From NCBI GenBank assembly GCA_003221695.1, contig QHSX01000058.1, positions 326 through 64,325 of the forward strand: DNA of 64,000 nt, given 5' to 3'. Below, piece by piece: positions 50,624 to 61,406 of this stretch. A program made the translations under genes and the position numbers. The notes below the pieces were generated by a model, which searched no databases, had not been told where the DNA came from, and saw only the letters and a list, made by a program, of their open reading frames with translations. Source of the DNA: Candidatus Rokuibacteriota bacterium (GTDB lineage Bacteria; Methylomirabilota; Methylomirabilia; Rokubacteriales; CSP1-6). How positions within the stretch are numbered: the stretch's first letter is position 1; the number at the start of each line of letters is the position of its first letter.

Positions 50624-51714
50624 TGCTGCACGTCGACCGCCGCCTGTTCCAGAACGTCGACTGGGCGCTGCTCGCGGCCGTCGGCGCGCTCGTGCTCATG
50701 AGCCTGATGACCCTCGCGACCCTCAGCGTGGGGCGCGCCGGGGCTGGGACCGCCGTGCGCCAGGCCGTGTGGTTCGGCGTCGGCGTGCTCGCGCTCGTCG
50801 CGGTCGCGAGCCTCGACTACCGGCGGGTCGTCCGGGCCGCGCCCGCCCTGTACCTCCTGGGGCTCGTCGGGCTGACGCTGGTCTACGCTTTTGGACGCTC
50901 GGTGTCGGGCGCGCGGCGATGGATCGTACTCGGCCCGCTGTCCGCCCAGCCGTCGGAGCTCTTCAAGGTCGCCTTTGTCCTCATGGCGGTGTGGATGATT
51001 ACGTCCCGCTGGGCGCAGCCGGCGGGCCGGGCCACCCTCGCGATGACGCTGCCGATTGCCGCGGTGCCCTTCGTGCTGATCATCAAGCAGCCGGACCTGG
51101 GCACCGCGTTGCTGCTCTTCCCCGTGCTGATGGTCCTCCTGATCGGCGCCGGCCTCGGGTTTCGACTCCTGGGCGGCGCGCTCGCCGCCAGCCTCGCGGC
51201 GTTGCCCCTGGCGTGGCTCGTGCTGAAGGACTATCAACGCGAACGCATCCTGGTGTTCCTGGACCCGTTCCGCGATCCCCTCGGGAGCGCGTACAACGTG
51301 ATCCAGGCGAAGATCGCGATTGGCTCGGGTCAGCTCCTGGGCAAGGGTGTGGCCGGCGCGACACAGAGCCGGCTCGCGTTCCTCCCGGAGCGTCATACGG
51401 ATTTCGTCTTCGCCGTGTTCGCCGAGACGTGGGGGTTCGTCGGCTGTCTCGCGCTGCTCACGTGCTATCTCCTGCTCCTCCTCCGCGGATTCGACATCGC
51501 GGGCTCGTCGCGCGAGCCGGTCGGCCGGCTCGTGGCGCTCGGCGTGACGTCGCTGCTGGCGGCGCAGGTGGTGATCAACGTGGGCATGGTGACCGGGCTC
51601 CTGCCCGTCGTCGGGATCCCGCTGCCGCTCATGAGCTACGGCGGCTCCTCGATGCTCGCCTCCCTGGTGGCGATCGGGCTCCTCCTCTCGGTCCGGATGC
51701 GGCAGTTCCAATGA
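50623..51714 (+). CDS. rodA: Peptidoglycan glycosyltransferase RodA (SEDS family)
   Basis: MLHVDRRLFQNVDWALL..., 10 TM. ATGA overlap with mrdA. The true start lies inside the tracked 664-aa ORF. Confidence 0.9.
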   Translation: MLHVDRRLFQNVDWALLAAVGALVLMSLMTLATLSVGRAGAGTAVRQAVWFGVGVLALVAVASLDYRRVVRAAPALYLLGLVGLTLVYAFGRSVSGARRWIVLGPLSAQPSELFKVAFVLMAVWMITSRWAQPAGRATLAMTLPIAAVPFVLIIKQPDLGTALLLFPVLMVLLIGAGLGFRLLGGALAASLAALPLAWLVLKDYQRERILVFLDPFRDPLGSAYNVIQAKIAIGSGQLLGKGVAGATQSRLAFLPERHTDFVFAVFAETWGFVGCLALLTCYLLLLLRGFDIAGSSREPVGRLVALGVTSLLAAQVVINVGMVTGLLPVVGIPLPLMSYGGSSMLASLVAIGLLLSVRMRQFQ

Positions 51715-51768
51715 GACGCGGCGCCCGCGCGCTCTCGGCGCCGTTCGCCGCGTCAGCGAGGTGCTGCC

Positions 51769-53325
51769 GTGGGCAAACGGATCGTCGTCAACGCGGGCCT
51801 GACCGAAACGCGCGTCGGGGTTCAGGAGGGTAATCTCCTCACCGAGCTCTACCTCGAGCGCCACCGGCAGCGCTCGATCGTCGGGAGCGTCTACAAGGGC
51901 GTCGTGACGAACGTGCTGCCCGGCATGCAGGCGGCGTTCGTCGACATCGGGCTCCACAAGGATGCATTCCTGTACGCCGGCGACTACACGACCAACCTGG
52001 GCGACTACGCTCGCGCCATGCTCGCCGGCGAGGAGGAGGGCGACCCGGACGTCGACGTCGAGGAGGTCGAGGCGCGCCGGGAGGTGGCGCCCCCGATCGA
52101 GGACGTGCTGCGCAAGGGTCAGGCGGTCCTCGTGCAGGTGTCCAAGGAGTCGCTCGGCACGAAGGGCGCGCGCATCACCTCGTTCATCTCGCTGCCCGGG
52201 CGCTACCTGGTGTACATGCCCCAGGCCCGCCACATCGGCGTCTCGCGCCGAATCCGCGACGAGCGCGAGCGGGAGCGGCTCCGCGCGGCCCTCCGCGCCA
52301 TCCCGCTTCCGCCGGGCGGGTTCATCCTACGAACGAACGCGGAAGGCAAGGGCGAGGCCGAGTTCGCGAACGACGTCGAGTTCCTGGGCCGCCTCTGGGC
52401 GCAGATCCAGGCGCGTTTCGAGTCGGCCGCGTCGGCCGCGGCGCTCCACGAGGAGGGGGATCTCACCTTCCGCGTCGTCCGCGACCTGCTCTCGCCCGAC
52501 GTCGACGAGTTCGTCGTGGACTCAAAGGAGGGCTACGACAAGTGCCTCGGCTACGTCGAGACGCTGGTGCCGGCGCTGGCCGACCGGGTGCGGCTCCACG
52601 AGGACCGCGCGCCCGTGTTCGAGGCCTTCGGGATCGAGAAGGACATCGAGAAGGCCCTCCGGCGCCGCGTCTGGCTCAAGTCGGGGGGCTACATCGTCAT
52701 CGACCACACCGAGGCGCTCGTGTCGATCGACGTGAACACGGGCAAGTACGTCGGCAAGCGTGACTTCGAGCAGACCGTGCTCAAGATCAACCTCGAGGCG
52801 GTGGGGGAGGTCGTGCGCCAGATCCGGCTGCGGGACCTCGGCGGAATCATCATCATCGACTTCATCGACATGGAGCGCGAGGAGCACCGCGGGCAGGTCT
52901 TCACCGCGCTCAGGCGCGCCCTCGCGGAGGACAAGGCGCGCACCAACGTGCTGCAGATTTCCGAGCTCGGGCTGGTCGAGATGACGCGCAAGCGCGTGCG
53001 CCAGGATCTCCGCGCGCTCCTCTCGATGCAGTGCCCCACCTGCCGGGGCAGCGGCGTCATCAAGGCCGAGGCGACGCTGGCCGAGGAGATCTTTCGCGCG
53101 GTCCGTGCGAAGGTCGGGGCCCCCGACGCGCCGCCCGGGCGTGAGGTCGTCGTGCGTGTGCATCCCGACGTCGCACGCTACCTCGAGAGCGACGGGTCTC
53201 AGGCGGTCGAGCGGCTCGGCGCGCTGATCGACCGCAAGGTCACGGTCCAGGCGATTCCCACCCAGCCCGACCGCGAGGCCTACGAGGTCCGGGTGCGCGC
53301 GGGCGGCGCCGGCGCCGTTCAGTGA
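51769..53325 (+). CDS. rng: Ribonuclease G (RNase E/G family)
   Basis: S1 domain plus DNase I-like catalytic core, VIDHTEALVSIDVNTGKYVG. No long RNase E scaffold tail. Confidence 0.85.
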   Translation: MGKRIVVNAGLTETRVGVQEGNLLTELYLERHRQRSIVGSVYKGVVTNVLPGMQAAFVDIGLHKDAFLYAGDYTTNLGDYARAMLAGEEEGDPDVDVEEVEARREVAPPIEDVLRKGQAVLVQVSKESLGTKGARITSFISLPGRYLVYMPQARHIGVSRRIRDERERERLRAALRAIPLPPGGFILRTNAEGKGEAEFANDVEFLGRLWAQIQARFESAASAAALHEEGDLTFRVVRDLLSPDVDEFVVDSKEGYDKCLGYVETLVPALADRVRLHEDRAPVFEAFGIEKDIEKALRRRVWLKSGGYIVIDHTEALVSIDVNTGKYVGKRDFEQTVLKINLEAVGEVVRQIRLRDLGGIIIIDFIDMEREEHRGQVFTALRRALAEDKARTNVLQISELGLVEMTRKRVRQDLRALLSMQCPTCRGSGVIKAEATLAEEIFRAVRAKVGAPDAPPGREVVVRVHPDVARYLESDGSQAVERLGALIDRKVTVQAIPTQPDREAYEVRVRAGGAGAVQ

Positions 53326-53684
53326 AAGGCCGGCCGACGCCCACGTCTCCCTCGCGGATCAACCAGGGGAAGATCCTCGCGAACCTCCGCGTCGCGGCGC
53401 GGAAGGGTGACCGCACGGCGCTCTCGCTCGCGCTCGACCAAATGCGCACGCTTGCGCACTCGCCACGCTACTGGGAGCGGTACCTGACGCTGCTCTCGAA
53501 CTCCCTCGCGCGGCTCGTCGATCTCCTCGTGATCAAGCAGGGCGACCGCATCGCCCACCAGAAGGGCTGGAAGCTTCCCAGGCCCGCGTCCACCGCCGGC
53601 GCCAGGCGAAAGAAGGAGCCCGTGAAGGCCCGGCGTCGCCCGCCCGGATCCGCCGCCGTCCAGCCGTCCCTGTTCGACCTCTGA
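53322..53684 (+). CDS. Small basic hypothetical protein, translationally coupled to rng
   Basis: 120 aa, Lys/Arg-rich C-terminus. ATGA overlap with the rng stop. Confidence 0.4.
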   Translation: MKGRPTPTSPSRINQGKILANLRVAARKGDRTALSLALDQMRTLAHSPRYWERYLTLLSNSLARLVDLLVIKQGDRIAHQKGWKLPRPASTAGARRKKEPVKARRRPPGSAAVQPSLFDL

Positions 53685-53709
53685 GCGCCCGCCCGCGGCC
53701 TGCAGCGAT

Positions 53710-53752
53710 TTGACGCGGTGGCCGCCGCGGAGGATACTACCCCCTGGGGGTA
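53710..53752 (+). promoter_or_regulatory. Promoter (TTGACG-17-GATACT) with an overlapping CsoR-type palindromic operator, TACCCCCTGGGGGTA
   Basis: Perfect 15-nt palindrome at 53738-53752 overlapping the -10 and +1. Resembles the B. subtilis copZA operator ATACCCTACGGGGGTAT. Confidence 0.6.
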
Positions 53753-53758
53753 TAGGTC

Positions 53759-54040
53759 GTGCTCAACGAGGAGACCAAGGCCAAGGTGCTGGGACGGCTC
53801 CGCCGAATCGAGGGGCAGGTGCAAGGACTCCAGCGGATGGTCGACAACGAGGCGTACTGCGTCGACATCCTGATGCAGGTCGCCGCCGTGCGGGGTGCCC
53901 TGGAGCAGGTCGAGAAGCTCCTGCTCGGACGCCACGTCGAGTCGTGCGTAGCCGACGCCATGCGCTCGGGCTCGAGGAGCGAGCGGCAGCAGAAGATCGG
54001 TGAGCTGCTCGACGTCTTTGCCCGTTTCAGGGCGAAGTGA
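53759..54040 (+). CDS. csoR: Copper-sensing repressor, CsoR/RcnR family
   Basis: [54 protein letters not shown] start. Confidence 0.85.
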   Translation: MLNEETKAKVLGRLRRIEGQVQGLQRMVDNEAYCVDILMQVAAVRGALEQVEKLLLGRHVESCVADAMRSGSRSERQQKIGELLDVFARFRAK

Positions 54041-56280
54041 TGGAGCGGATCATCGCGCCCGTCCGCGGGATGCACTGCGCGGCGTGCGTCGGCCGGGTCG
54101 AGCGCGCGCTGACCGCCGTGGCGGGCGTGGAGTCCGCCTCGGTGAATCTCGCGACGGAGCAGGCGACGGTCGCCTTCGACCCCGCGCGGACGGACCTGGT
54201 CCGCCTTCGCGCCGCGGTCGCCGCCGCCGGGTACGAGCTGGCGGAGCCGCAGCGGGAGCCCCTGCCCGGCGGGGCGGTTGACCGTGAGCGCGCGGCGCGC
54301 GAGGCCGCCGAGCGCCGGGAGCGGCTGAAGTTCGTCGTCGGCGCGGTCCTGGCGGCACCGGTGCTCCTCGGCTCCATGGCGGACGTCTTGCCCTGGGTGC
54401 CGGCGCTGCTCCAGAACCCGTGGCTCCAGCTCGTGCTCACGACCCCCGTTCAGGTCTGGGTCGGGTGGCAATTCCATCGCGGCTTCGTCCACGACCTCCG
54501 CTACCGCACGGCCACCATGTCGACGCTCGTGTCGATTGGCACGAACGCAGCCTATCTCGGGAGCGTCGCCGTGACGCTCTGGCCCCACGCCTTCGTACGG
54601 CATGGCGCGATGACGTACTACGAGGTGAGCGCGGTGGTGATCACGCTGGTCGTCCTCGGCCGTTGGCTCGAGGCGCGTGCCCGTGGGCGCACCTCCGAGG
54701 CGATCCGGCGGCTGATGACGCTGGCGCCGCGCACCGCGCGGGTGATTCGCGACGGCGTGGAGAGCGACGTCTCCACGGCGGAGGTGCAGGTCGGCGACTT
54801 CGTCCGCATCCGGCCGGGCGAGCGCGTGCCGGTGGACGGGGTGGTCATCGAGGGTGCGTCCACGGTGGACGAGTCCATGCTGACGGGGGAGAGCCTCCCG
54901 GTCGAGAAGTCGCCCGAAGCCAAGGTCTTCGCGGGCACGGTCAACCGCACCGGCGCCTTCGTCTTTCGCGCCGCGCGGGTCGGCAGCGAGACAACCCTGG
55001 CGCGGATCATCAAGCTCGTCGCCGACGCGCAGGGCTCCCGCGCGCCCATCCAGCGCCTGGCGGACCGGGTCGCGGCGGTCTTCGTGCCGATCGTGCTGGT
55101 GATCGCAGCGCTCACGTTCGTCGCGTGGTGGGTCGTCGGCCCCGAGCCCGCCGGCCTCCTGGCGCTCACCAACGCGGTCGCCGTCCTCGTGATCGCGTGC
55201 CCCTGCGCGATGGGACTCGCGACGCCGACCGCGATCATGGTCGGCACGGGTCGCGGCACCGAGTTCGGCGTTCTCATCAAGAGCGCGGCGGCACTCGAGC
55301 TACTGCATCGGGTCGACACGATCGTGTTCGACAAGACCGGGACGCTCACGGTCGGCCGCCCCGTCGTCACCGACGTCATCCCGATCGCGCCAGCGACGGA
55401 GGACGAGATCCTGGCGCTCGCCGCCGCGGCCGAGCAGGCCTCCGAGCATCCGCTGGGCGAGGCGATCGTCGCGCGTGCGAAGGAGCGCGGGCTCGCGCTG
55501 CCGCCGATCGTCGAGTTCGCGACGGTGCCCGGGCAGGGGATCGACGCGATGACCACGGAGGGCCGCGTCCTCCTCGGCAACCGGACGCTGATGGCTGCGC
55601 GCGGGATCGACGTGGGGCCTCTCGCCGCGCGTGTCCGTGGGCTCGCCGCCGAGGGCAAGACGGCCGTCCACCTCGCCTTCGCCGGCCGGCTCCTCGGCGT
55701 GATCGCCGTCGCCGACGTGCTGAAGCCCAACGCGCCGCGCGCCGTCGCGGCGCTCAAGCAGCTCGGCGTGAGCGTCGCGATGCTCACGGGTGACGACCGC
55801 GTGACGGCCGAGGCGATCGCGCGCCAGGCGGGCGTCGACCGTGTGCTCGCCGAGGTGCTTCCCGAGGACAAGGCGCGCGAGATCACGACCCTGCGGGCGA
55901 AAGGGCGCCGCGTCGCGATGGTCGGCGACGGGATCAACGACGCCCCCGCGCTCGCCCAGGCCGAGGTCGGCATCGCCATGGGTTCGGGCAGCGACGTCGC
56001 GATCGACGCCGCGGACGTCACGCTCATGCGCGGTGACCTCGACGGGGTCGTCGCAGCGATCGAGCTCTCGCGGCGGACGATCCGCGTGATTCGAGAAAAC
56101 CTCGTCTGGGCGTTCGGCTACAACACGGTCCTGATCCCGGTCGCGGCTGGCGCGCTCTATCCGGTCTGGGGCGTCCAGCTCTCGCCGATCCTGGCCGGCG
56201 CCGCGATGGCGTTCTCGTCCCTGTCGGTCGTCACGAACAGTCTCAGGCTCAAGCGCTGGAGGCCACAGCATGGCGGTTGA
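54037..56280 (+). CDS. copA: Copper-translocating P1B-type ATPase
   Basis: HMA domain [15 protein letters not shown] motif [25 protein letters not shown]. Confidence 0.95.
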   Translation: MMERIIAPVRGMHCAACVGRVERALTAVAGVESASVNLATEQATVAFDPARTDLVRLRAAVAAAGYELAEPQREPLPGGAVDRERAAREAAERRERLKFVVGAVLAAPVLLGSMADVLPWVPALLQNPWLQLVLTTPVQVWVGWQFHRGFVHDLRYRTATMSTLVSIGTNAAYLGSVAVTLWPHAFVRHGAMTYYEVSAVVITLVVLGRWLEARARGRTSEAIRRLMTLAPRTARVIRDGVESDVSTAEVQVGDFVRIRPGERVPVDGVVIEGASTVDESMLTGESLPVEKSPEAKVFAGTVNRTGAFVFRAARVGSETTLARIIKLVADAQGSRAPIQRLADRVAAVFVPIVLVIAALTFVAWWVVGPEPAGLLALTNAVAVLVIACPCAMGLATPTAIMVGTGRGTEFGVLIKSAAALELLHRVDTIVFDKTGTLTVGRPVVTDVIPIAPATEDEILALAAAAEQASEHPLGEAIVARAKERGLALPPIVEFATVPGQGIDAMTTEGRVLLGNRTLMAARGIDVGPLAARVRGLAAEGKTAVHLAFAGRLLGVIAVADVLKPNAPRAVAALKQLGVSVAMLTGDDRVTAEAIARQAGVDRVLAEVLPEDKAREITTLRAKGRRVAMVGDGINDAPALAQAEVGIAMGSGSDVAIDAADVTLMRGDLDGVVAAIELSRRTIRVIRENLVWAFGYNTVLIPVAAGALYPVWGVQLSPILAGAAMAFSSLSVVTNSLRLKRWRPQHGG

Positions 56281-56425
56281 TCCGGTCTGCAAGATGAGTG
56301 TGGAGCCCGCGAAGGCGGCGGCGCAGTCGACGTACAAGGGGCGGACCTATTACTTCTGCGCCGTGGGCTGCAAGCAGAAGTTCGACAGGGAGCCGGAAAA
56401 GTACGTCGGCGAGCCGCAGCCGTAG
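56270..56425 (+). CDS. YHS/TRASH-domain small metal-binding protein (51 aa), not in the ORF track
   Basis: [45 protein letters not shown]. Overlaps the last 11 nt of copA. Confidence 0.6.
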   Translation: MAVDPVCKMSVEPAKAAAQSTYKGRTYYFCAVGCKQKFDREPEKYVGEPQP

Positions 56426-56438
56426 GCGAGGCGAGTCG

Positions 56439-57326
56439 ATGACCTGGTCCGAGCCGGCCGTCCTGCACGGCCGCGCCTGCTACGAGCGCGTCACGGAGGG
56501 GTGGGTGGACAACACCCACGCGGACGCGTTCACGCACACCGTGAGCCTCTCGGACGACGACCGCGCCGTCGAGGTCGCGGTGGTCGCGCTGCCGTCGCCG
56601 ACGTACGAGATCCGCGAGGCCCGCTGCCGTGCGCTGAGGGGCGCCGTCGCGCCCGCGGTCGTCGAGGGCGTCGCGACGCTCGCCGGCACGCCGATGGTGG
56701 CTGGCCTCACGCGGCGCGTGGCCGAGGCGACCGGCGCGGGCGAGGGCGCCGGGCTCGTGCTGGACGCGGTCATCGAGATCGCGCGGCTCGCCCGCCAGGT
56801 GGCGAAGCTCCCCCGCGCGCGCGCGGCGCGGGCCGCGGGCGGCAACGCCTGGGAATGCTGGCAGCTCGACACGACGGGCTGGATCGACCTGCCCGACTCC
56901 TGCTTCACCTATAGCGACGCGGGCCGGGCGCTCTTCGGAATCCGCACCGTGACGACGCCCATGCAGCCCGACCTCTACAGCCCTCGCCCGGACCAGCGGC
57001 GCGTCTTCGAGCGCCGGAAGGTCGCGCGGCTCGAGCGCGTCGACGGCCGACTGCGGCTGTTCCACTCGATGCACGACAACGTCCACGGCTTCGAGGTCAC
57101 CTACGAGATCGACCTCGCGAGCGGCACGATCGTCCGCGCCGAGCACGTGACGCCGCGACTCCCGTACATGGGCATCTGTACGGAGCCGCAGCGCAAGATC
57201 TCGACGATGCTGGGCGAGACGATGGACGAGACGCTGCGCAAGCGCGTCCAGGCGCACCTCGGCGGGCCGACCGGCTGCGCCCAGCTCTACGACCTCACCG
57301 CCGACCTCCTGAGGCTCCTGGCCTAA
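56439..57326 (+). CDS. Hypothetical protein (DUF2889-like)
   Basis: 295 aa. C-terminal ...HLGGPTGCAQLYDLTADLL. Downstream of the copper module. Confidence 0.45.
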   Translation: MTWSEPAVLHGRACYERVTEGWVDNTHADAFTHTVSLSDDDRAVEVAVVALPSPTYEIREARCRALRGAVAPAVVEGVATLAGTPMVAGLTRRVAEATGAGEGAGLVLDAVIEIARLARQVAKLPRARAARAAGGNAWECWQLDTTGWIDLPDSCFTYSDAGRALFGIRTVTTPMQPDLYSPRPDQRRVFERRKVARLERVDGRLRLFHSMHDNVHGFEVTYEIDLASGTIVRAEHVTPRLPYMGICTEPQRKISTMLGETMDETLRKRVQAHLGGPTGCAQLYDLTADLLRLLA

Positions 57327-58276
57327 CCGGGGCGAGGCGCGCCGGGTGAGCGGCGTGGCTCGAGGTAGGTGTCGAGGGAGAGCTCGGGCGTGAAGGTCTC
57401 GAGCCCGACGCTCTCGGGCGCGCGCCCGGCGAAGGCCGCGCGCGGCGCCAGCCCGACGAGCTCGCTCCGGCTCACCCCTGTGCGGTGCCGGCGTGCCTCG
57501 TCCACGACGCAATCGAAGACGAGTGGGATCGGCGTCCGCCGGTAGTCGAGGAGGTTCAGCGAGACTTGCGCGATCCCACGGCTCGCGAGCCGCACGCCCA
57601 TCGCCTGGACCGCCGGGAGGCCGCCCGACGACTCGCGGACCGCGCGCGCGATCTCGCGTGCGATGGTCGCGTCGTCCGTGGCCAACCACACGTTGAAGGC
57701 CACGAGCACGTCGCGGGCGCCGACGAGCACGGCGCCCGAGCGCGCGTCGAACCGCGGCGGCCCGTCGTCGGGCGCGCCGTCCAGCGCGGCCAGGCGCGCG
57801 GGCAGTCCCTCGTACTCGCCGCGGCGGAGTGACCGCGGCGTCTCGCGTCCCGGACGCGTGGCGGCCCGGCCGTAGTAGTAGACCGGGAGCGCGTGGCGCT
57901 CGGCGATCGCGCGCCCCGCGCGCCGCGCCAGGGCGACGGTCTGCTCGAGGGTGACGCCGGCGAGCGGGACGAACGGGAGCACGTCGAGGGCGCCGACGCG
58001 CGGATGGATCCCGCGGTGCTGGCGCATGTCGATCAGCGCGACGACCCGCGCGGCCAGGGCGAGCGCGGCGGCCTCGACGGCCTCGGGCGCGCCCAGGAAC
58101 GTGACGACCGAGCGATGGTGGTCGGGGTCGGCGTGAACGTTCGCGAGCGTGACGCCGGGGACGGCGCGGACGGTCGCCGCGAGCAGGTCGACGCGGGCGC
58201 GGTCGCGGCCCTCGCTCACGTTCGGGACGCACTCGACGACGGCTGCGGGCGGTCCCGCGGCGGCAGCGCCCGGCAT
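57323..58276 (-). CDS. Glutamate formimidoyltransferase (FtcD N-domain-like)
   Basis: VECVPNVSEGRDRARVDLLAATVRAVPGVTLANVHADPDHHRSVVTF. Confidence 0.75.
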   Translation of the reverse strand: MPGAAAAGPPAAVVECVPNVSEGRDRARVDLLAATVRAVPGVTLANVHADPDHHRSVVTFLGAPEAVEAAALALAARVVALIDMRQHRGIHPRVGALDVLPFVPLAGVTLEQTVALARRAGRAIAERHALPVYYYGRAATRPGRETPRSLRRGEYEGLPARLAALDGAPDDGPPRFDARSGAVLVGARDVLVAFNVWLATDDATIAREIARAVRESSGGLPAVQAMGVRLASRGIAQVSLNLLDYRRTPIPLVFDCVVDEARRHRTGVSRSELVGLAPRAAFAGRAPESVGLETFTPELSLDTYLEPRRSPGAPRPG

Positions 58277-58298
58277 GCGGTGTATACTACTCGGCGGC

Positions 58299-59318
58299 AT
58301 GCAGTTCCTGCCAATCGGCAAGCTCGGTGCCGAGACGCTGCAGGCGATCTTCGACAAGCACCCGCTCCGGGATCCCCGCGTCGTCGTCGGTCCGAAAGTC
58401 GGTGAAGACGCGGCGGTCATCGACGTGGGCGACCGCTATCTCGTGGCGACGACGGATCCGATCACCTTCGCCACCGACGAGATCGGCTGGTACGCGCTCC
58501 ACGTCAACGCCAACGACATCGCCGTGCGCGGCGCCCGCCCGCGCTGGTTCCTCGCGACGCTCCTGCTGCCCCCCGGCGCCACCACCGAGGCGGGTGTCGG
58601 GTCGCTCTTCGAGCAGCTCCACGCCGCATGCGACGAGCTCGACGTGGCGCTCGTCGGCGGCCACACGGAGATCACGCACGGCCTCGACCGCCCGATCGTC
58701 GTCGGCGCGATGCTCGGCGAGGTCGCGAAGGACCGGCTCGTGACGACGGGGGGCGCGCGCGTCGGCGACGCGGTGGTGCTCACCAAGGGCGTGCCGCTCG
58801 AGGGCGCGGCGATCATCGCGCGCGAGAAGGAGGCCGAGCTCCGCGCGCGCGGGGTGGCGCCGGCGACCATCCGGAGAGCCAGGAACTTCCTCAGGGCGCC
58901 CGGGCTCAGCGTGCTCCCAGAGGTCGAGATCGCGTGCGAGCTGGCCCCGGTCCACGCCATGCACGATCCCACGGAGGGCGGGGTGGCGACGGCGCTCGTC
59001 GAGCTGGCCAACGCCGCGGGCGTCGGGCTCCGGATCGACCGGGACCGGATCATGGTGCTGCCCGAGGGCCGGGCGCTCTGCGAGGCGTTTGGTCTCGATC
59101 CGCTCGGCACGATCGCGTCGGGGGCGCTCCTCATGACCCTCGCGCCCGGCGACGCGTCCACCGTCATCCACGCGCTCGCGCGCGAGGACATCGACGGTCA
59201 CTTCATCGGCCAGGTCGTGGAGCGCGCCGAGGGCCTCACGCTGGTGAGCGGCAGCCGGCGCGAGCCGCTGACCGCCTTCGCCCAGGACGAGATCTCGAAG
59301 CTCTTCACGGGAGTCTGA
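58299..59318 (+). CDS. AIR-synthase-related (PurM-fold; HypE/ThiL-like) protein
   Basis: DAAVIDVGDRYLVATTDPITFATDEIGWYALHVNANDIAVRGARP. No SelD GGCGCK-type Cys/Sec, and no HypE C-terminal PRIC. Confidence 0.7.
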   Translation: MQFLPIGKLGAETLQAIFDKHPLRDPRVVVGPKVGEDAAVIDVGDRYLVATTDPITFATDEIGWYALHVNANDIAVRGARPRWFLATLLLPPGATTEAGVGSLFEQLHAACDELDVALVGGHTEITHGLDRPIVVGAMLGEVAKDRLVTTGGARVGDAVVLTKGVPLEGAAIIAREKEAELRARGVAPATIRRARNFLRAPGLSVLPEVEIACELAPVHAMHDPTEGGVATALVELANAAGVGLRIDRDRIMVLPEGRALCEAFGLDPLGTIASGALLMTLAPGDASTVIHALAREDIDGHFIGQVVERAEGLTLVSGSRREPLTAFAQDEISKLFTGV

Positions 59319-59322
59319 GATT

Positions 59323-60918
59323 ATGCCGCAGATCGGGTACGCGCATCGGCCGGTCGCGCTCGGGACCCGGGGCATGGTCGCCGCCGCGCATCCGCTCGCG
59401 ACGCTCGCGGGCATTGAGACGCTGAAGTCGGGCGGGACGGCCGCCGACGCGGCCGTCGCCGTCAACGGCGTGCTCGCGGTGACGCAGCCCAACAGCTGCG
59501 GGCTCGGGGGCGACCTCTTCTGCCTCTACTACGAGGCGGCGACGGGCCGCGTGCATTTCCTGAACGGCAGTGGCCGCTCGGGCGCGCGCGCGAGTCTCGA
59601 CGAACTCGCCCGCCGGGGATGGAGCCGCCTGCCGGTGATCGGCCCGCCCACGGTCAGCGTGCCGGGCTGCGTCCGCGGGTGGGCGATGCTCCTCGAGCGC
59701 TTCGGCACGCGACCGCTCGGCGAGCTGCTGCGACCCGCGATCAGCGCCGCCGATGGCTTCTCGATCTCCTCGCTCGTGAGCCAGGCGATCGACGAGTACG
59801 CGTCCGTGACGCCGGATCCCGAGTGGCACCGGGTCTTCACCCCGGGGGGCCGCGCGCCGGCGCTCGGCGAGCGCTTCGCCCAGCCCGACCTCGCTCGCAC
59901 GCTCCGCGACCTCACCGTGGACGGGCCCGCCCTCTTCTACACGGGGCGCGTCGGCCAGGCGATCGTGCGGCGGCTCGAGGCCGATGGGTTCCTCACGGCG
60001 GAGGACCTCGCCACGCACACCGGCGAATGGGGCGAGCCGATCGCGACGACCTATCGCTCCACCCGTGTCTTCGAGACGCCGCCACCGACCCAGGGGCTCG
60101 CGGCGCTGCTCACCCTGAACCTGCTGGAGGACACTCCGCTTCCGAGGCTCAGGGTCCACTCGGTCGAGCACCTCCACCTGCTCCTCGAGATGGTGAAGCT
60201 CGCCTACGCCGACCGCGACCGGTGGATCGGCGACCCGGCCCACGCGCGCCTGCCCGTGGAGGCGCTGCTCTCGAAGGCGTACGCCGCGCGCCGGCGCACG
60301 CAGTTCGACCCGGAGAAGGCGCAGTCGTTTGCGTTCGGCGACCCCGAGGGGGACACGACGGGATTCGTCGTCGCCGACCCGGCCGGCAACGTCATCAGCG
60401 TGATCCAGAGCCTCTTCAACGGGTTCGGCGCCGGCGTCGTCGTGCCGGGCACGGGCGTGACGCTCCAGAATCGTGGCCGGCACTTCAACCTCGACCCGGC
60501 GCACCCCGCCGTGCTGGCGCCGCGCAAACGCCCCTTCCACACGCTCATCGCGGCCATCGCCACGCGGGACGACCGGCCCGTGCTGGCGTTTGCGACGATG
60601 GGCGGCAACGGCCAGGCGATGTTCCACGCGCAGGTGCTCACCAACGTCTTCGACTACGGCATGGACATCCAGGAAGCGATCGAACGACCGCGTTTCCTCA
60701 TCGGCGCGTTCCTGCCCGACGAGCCGGCGGACACGACCCACATCGAGGCGCGCGTCCCCGCCCGCGTCGTCGCCGCACTCGCGCGGCGGGGACACCACGT
60801 GAAGAGGGCGCCCGAGTTCTTCACCCGGGTCGGTCACGCCCACGGGATCGTCCTGCGCGACGGCACGCTCATGGGCGGCGCCGATCCGCGCGGCGACGGC
60901 GTGGCGCTGGGGTTCTAG
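59323..60918 (+). CDS. ggt: Gamma-glutamyltranspeptidase
   Basis: Ntn-hydrolase; autoprocessing region ...DTTGFVVADPAGNVISVIQSLFNGFGAGVVVPGTGV. Confidence 0.9.
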   Translation: MPQIGYAHRPVALGTRGMVAAAHPLATLAGIETLKSGGTAADAAVAVNGVLAVTQPNSCGLGGDLFCLYYEAATGRVHFLNGSGRSGARASLDELARRGWSRLPVIGPPTVSVPGCVRGWAMLLERFGTRPLGELLRPAISAADGFSISSLVSQAIDEYASVTPDPEWHRVFTPGGRAPALGERFAQPDLARTLRDLTVDGPALFYTGRVGQAIVRRLEADGFLTAEDLATHTGEWGEPIATTYRSTRVFETPPPTQGLAALLTLNLLEDTPLPRLRVHSVEHLHLLLEMVKLAYADRDRWIGDPAHARLPVEALLSKAYAARRRTQFDPEKAQSFAFGDPEGDTTGFVVADPAGNVISVIQSLFNGFGAGVVVPGTGVTLQNRGRHFNLDPAHPAVLAPRKRPFHTLIAAIATRDDRPVLAFATMGGNGQAMFHAQVLTNVFDYGMDIQEAIERPRFLIGAFLPDEPADTTHIEARVPARVVAALARRGHHVKRAPEFFTRVGHAHGIVLRDGTLMGGADPRGDGVALGF

Positions 60919-60920
60919 CC

Positions 60921-61406
60921 GTGCGGGGCGCCGCCGCGGGCCTGCTGGTACTGCTGGCGCTCGCCGCGCGCCCGACCGGGGCGGCCGACTGGGGCCTGAT
61001 CACGCCGGGCACGACCACCCTGGAGGCGGTGCGCGCCCGATACGGGCAGCCGACGAAAACCACGCCGAAGAAGGTCGACGACTACGACACGGTGGAGTGG
61101 GCCTACGAGGGCGTGCAGGCGCCCGTGGGCACGTACCGGATGACCGTGGAGTTCGGGCTCCTCACCGCAGACGGTTACAAGAAGGACGTCGTCCGCGACT
61201 TCCGGCTCGACCCGAAGCCCGGCTCGTTCAACAAAAAGCTCATCCTCGACGGCTGGGGCGACCCGTCCAGGGTCGGCAAGGACGGCGACTTGGAGGTCTT
61301 CCTCTACCAGGAGGGGCTGCTCGTCTACTTCGACAAGGAAGGCTGGGACGTCCAGACGATGGTCTTCACGGTGCCCCAGCCGACGTCGGCGGTGCCTCAG
61401 CGGTGA
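60921..61406 (+). CDS. Secreted hypothetical protein (GTG start, signal peptide)
   Basis: VRGAAAGLLVLLALAARPTGAADW... In-frame tail of a much longer wrong-frame ORF. Confidence 0.45.
   Translation: MRGAAAGLLVLLALAARPTGAADWGLITPGTTTLEAVRARYGQPTKTTPKKVDDYDTVEWAYEGVQAPVGTYRMTVEFGLLTADGYKKDVVRDFRLDPKPGSFNKKLILDGWGDPSRVGKDGDLEVFLYQEGLLVYFDKEGWDVQTMVFTVPQPTSAVPQR

Noticed and set aside
58299-59318. PurM-fold protein as selenophosphate synthetase SelD, which would support the selenoprotein calls
   Set aside because: It lacks the N-terminal Gly-rich Cys/Sec loop of SelD. Its sequence is closer to HypE/ThiL-type AIR-synthase-related proteins.
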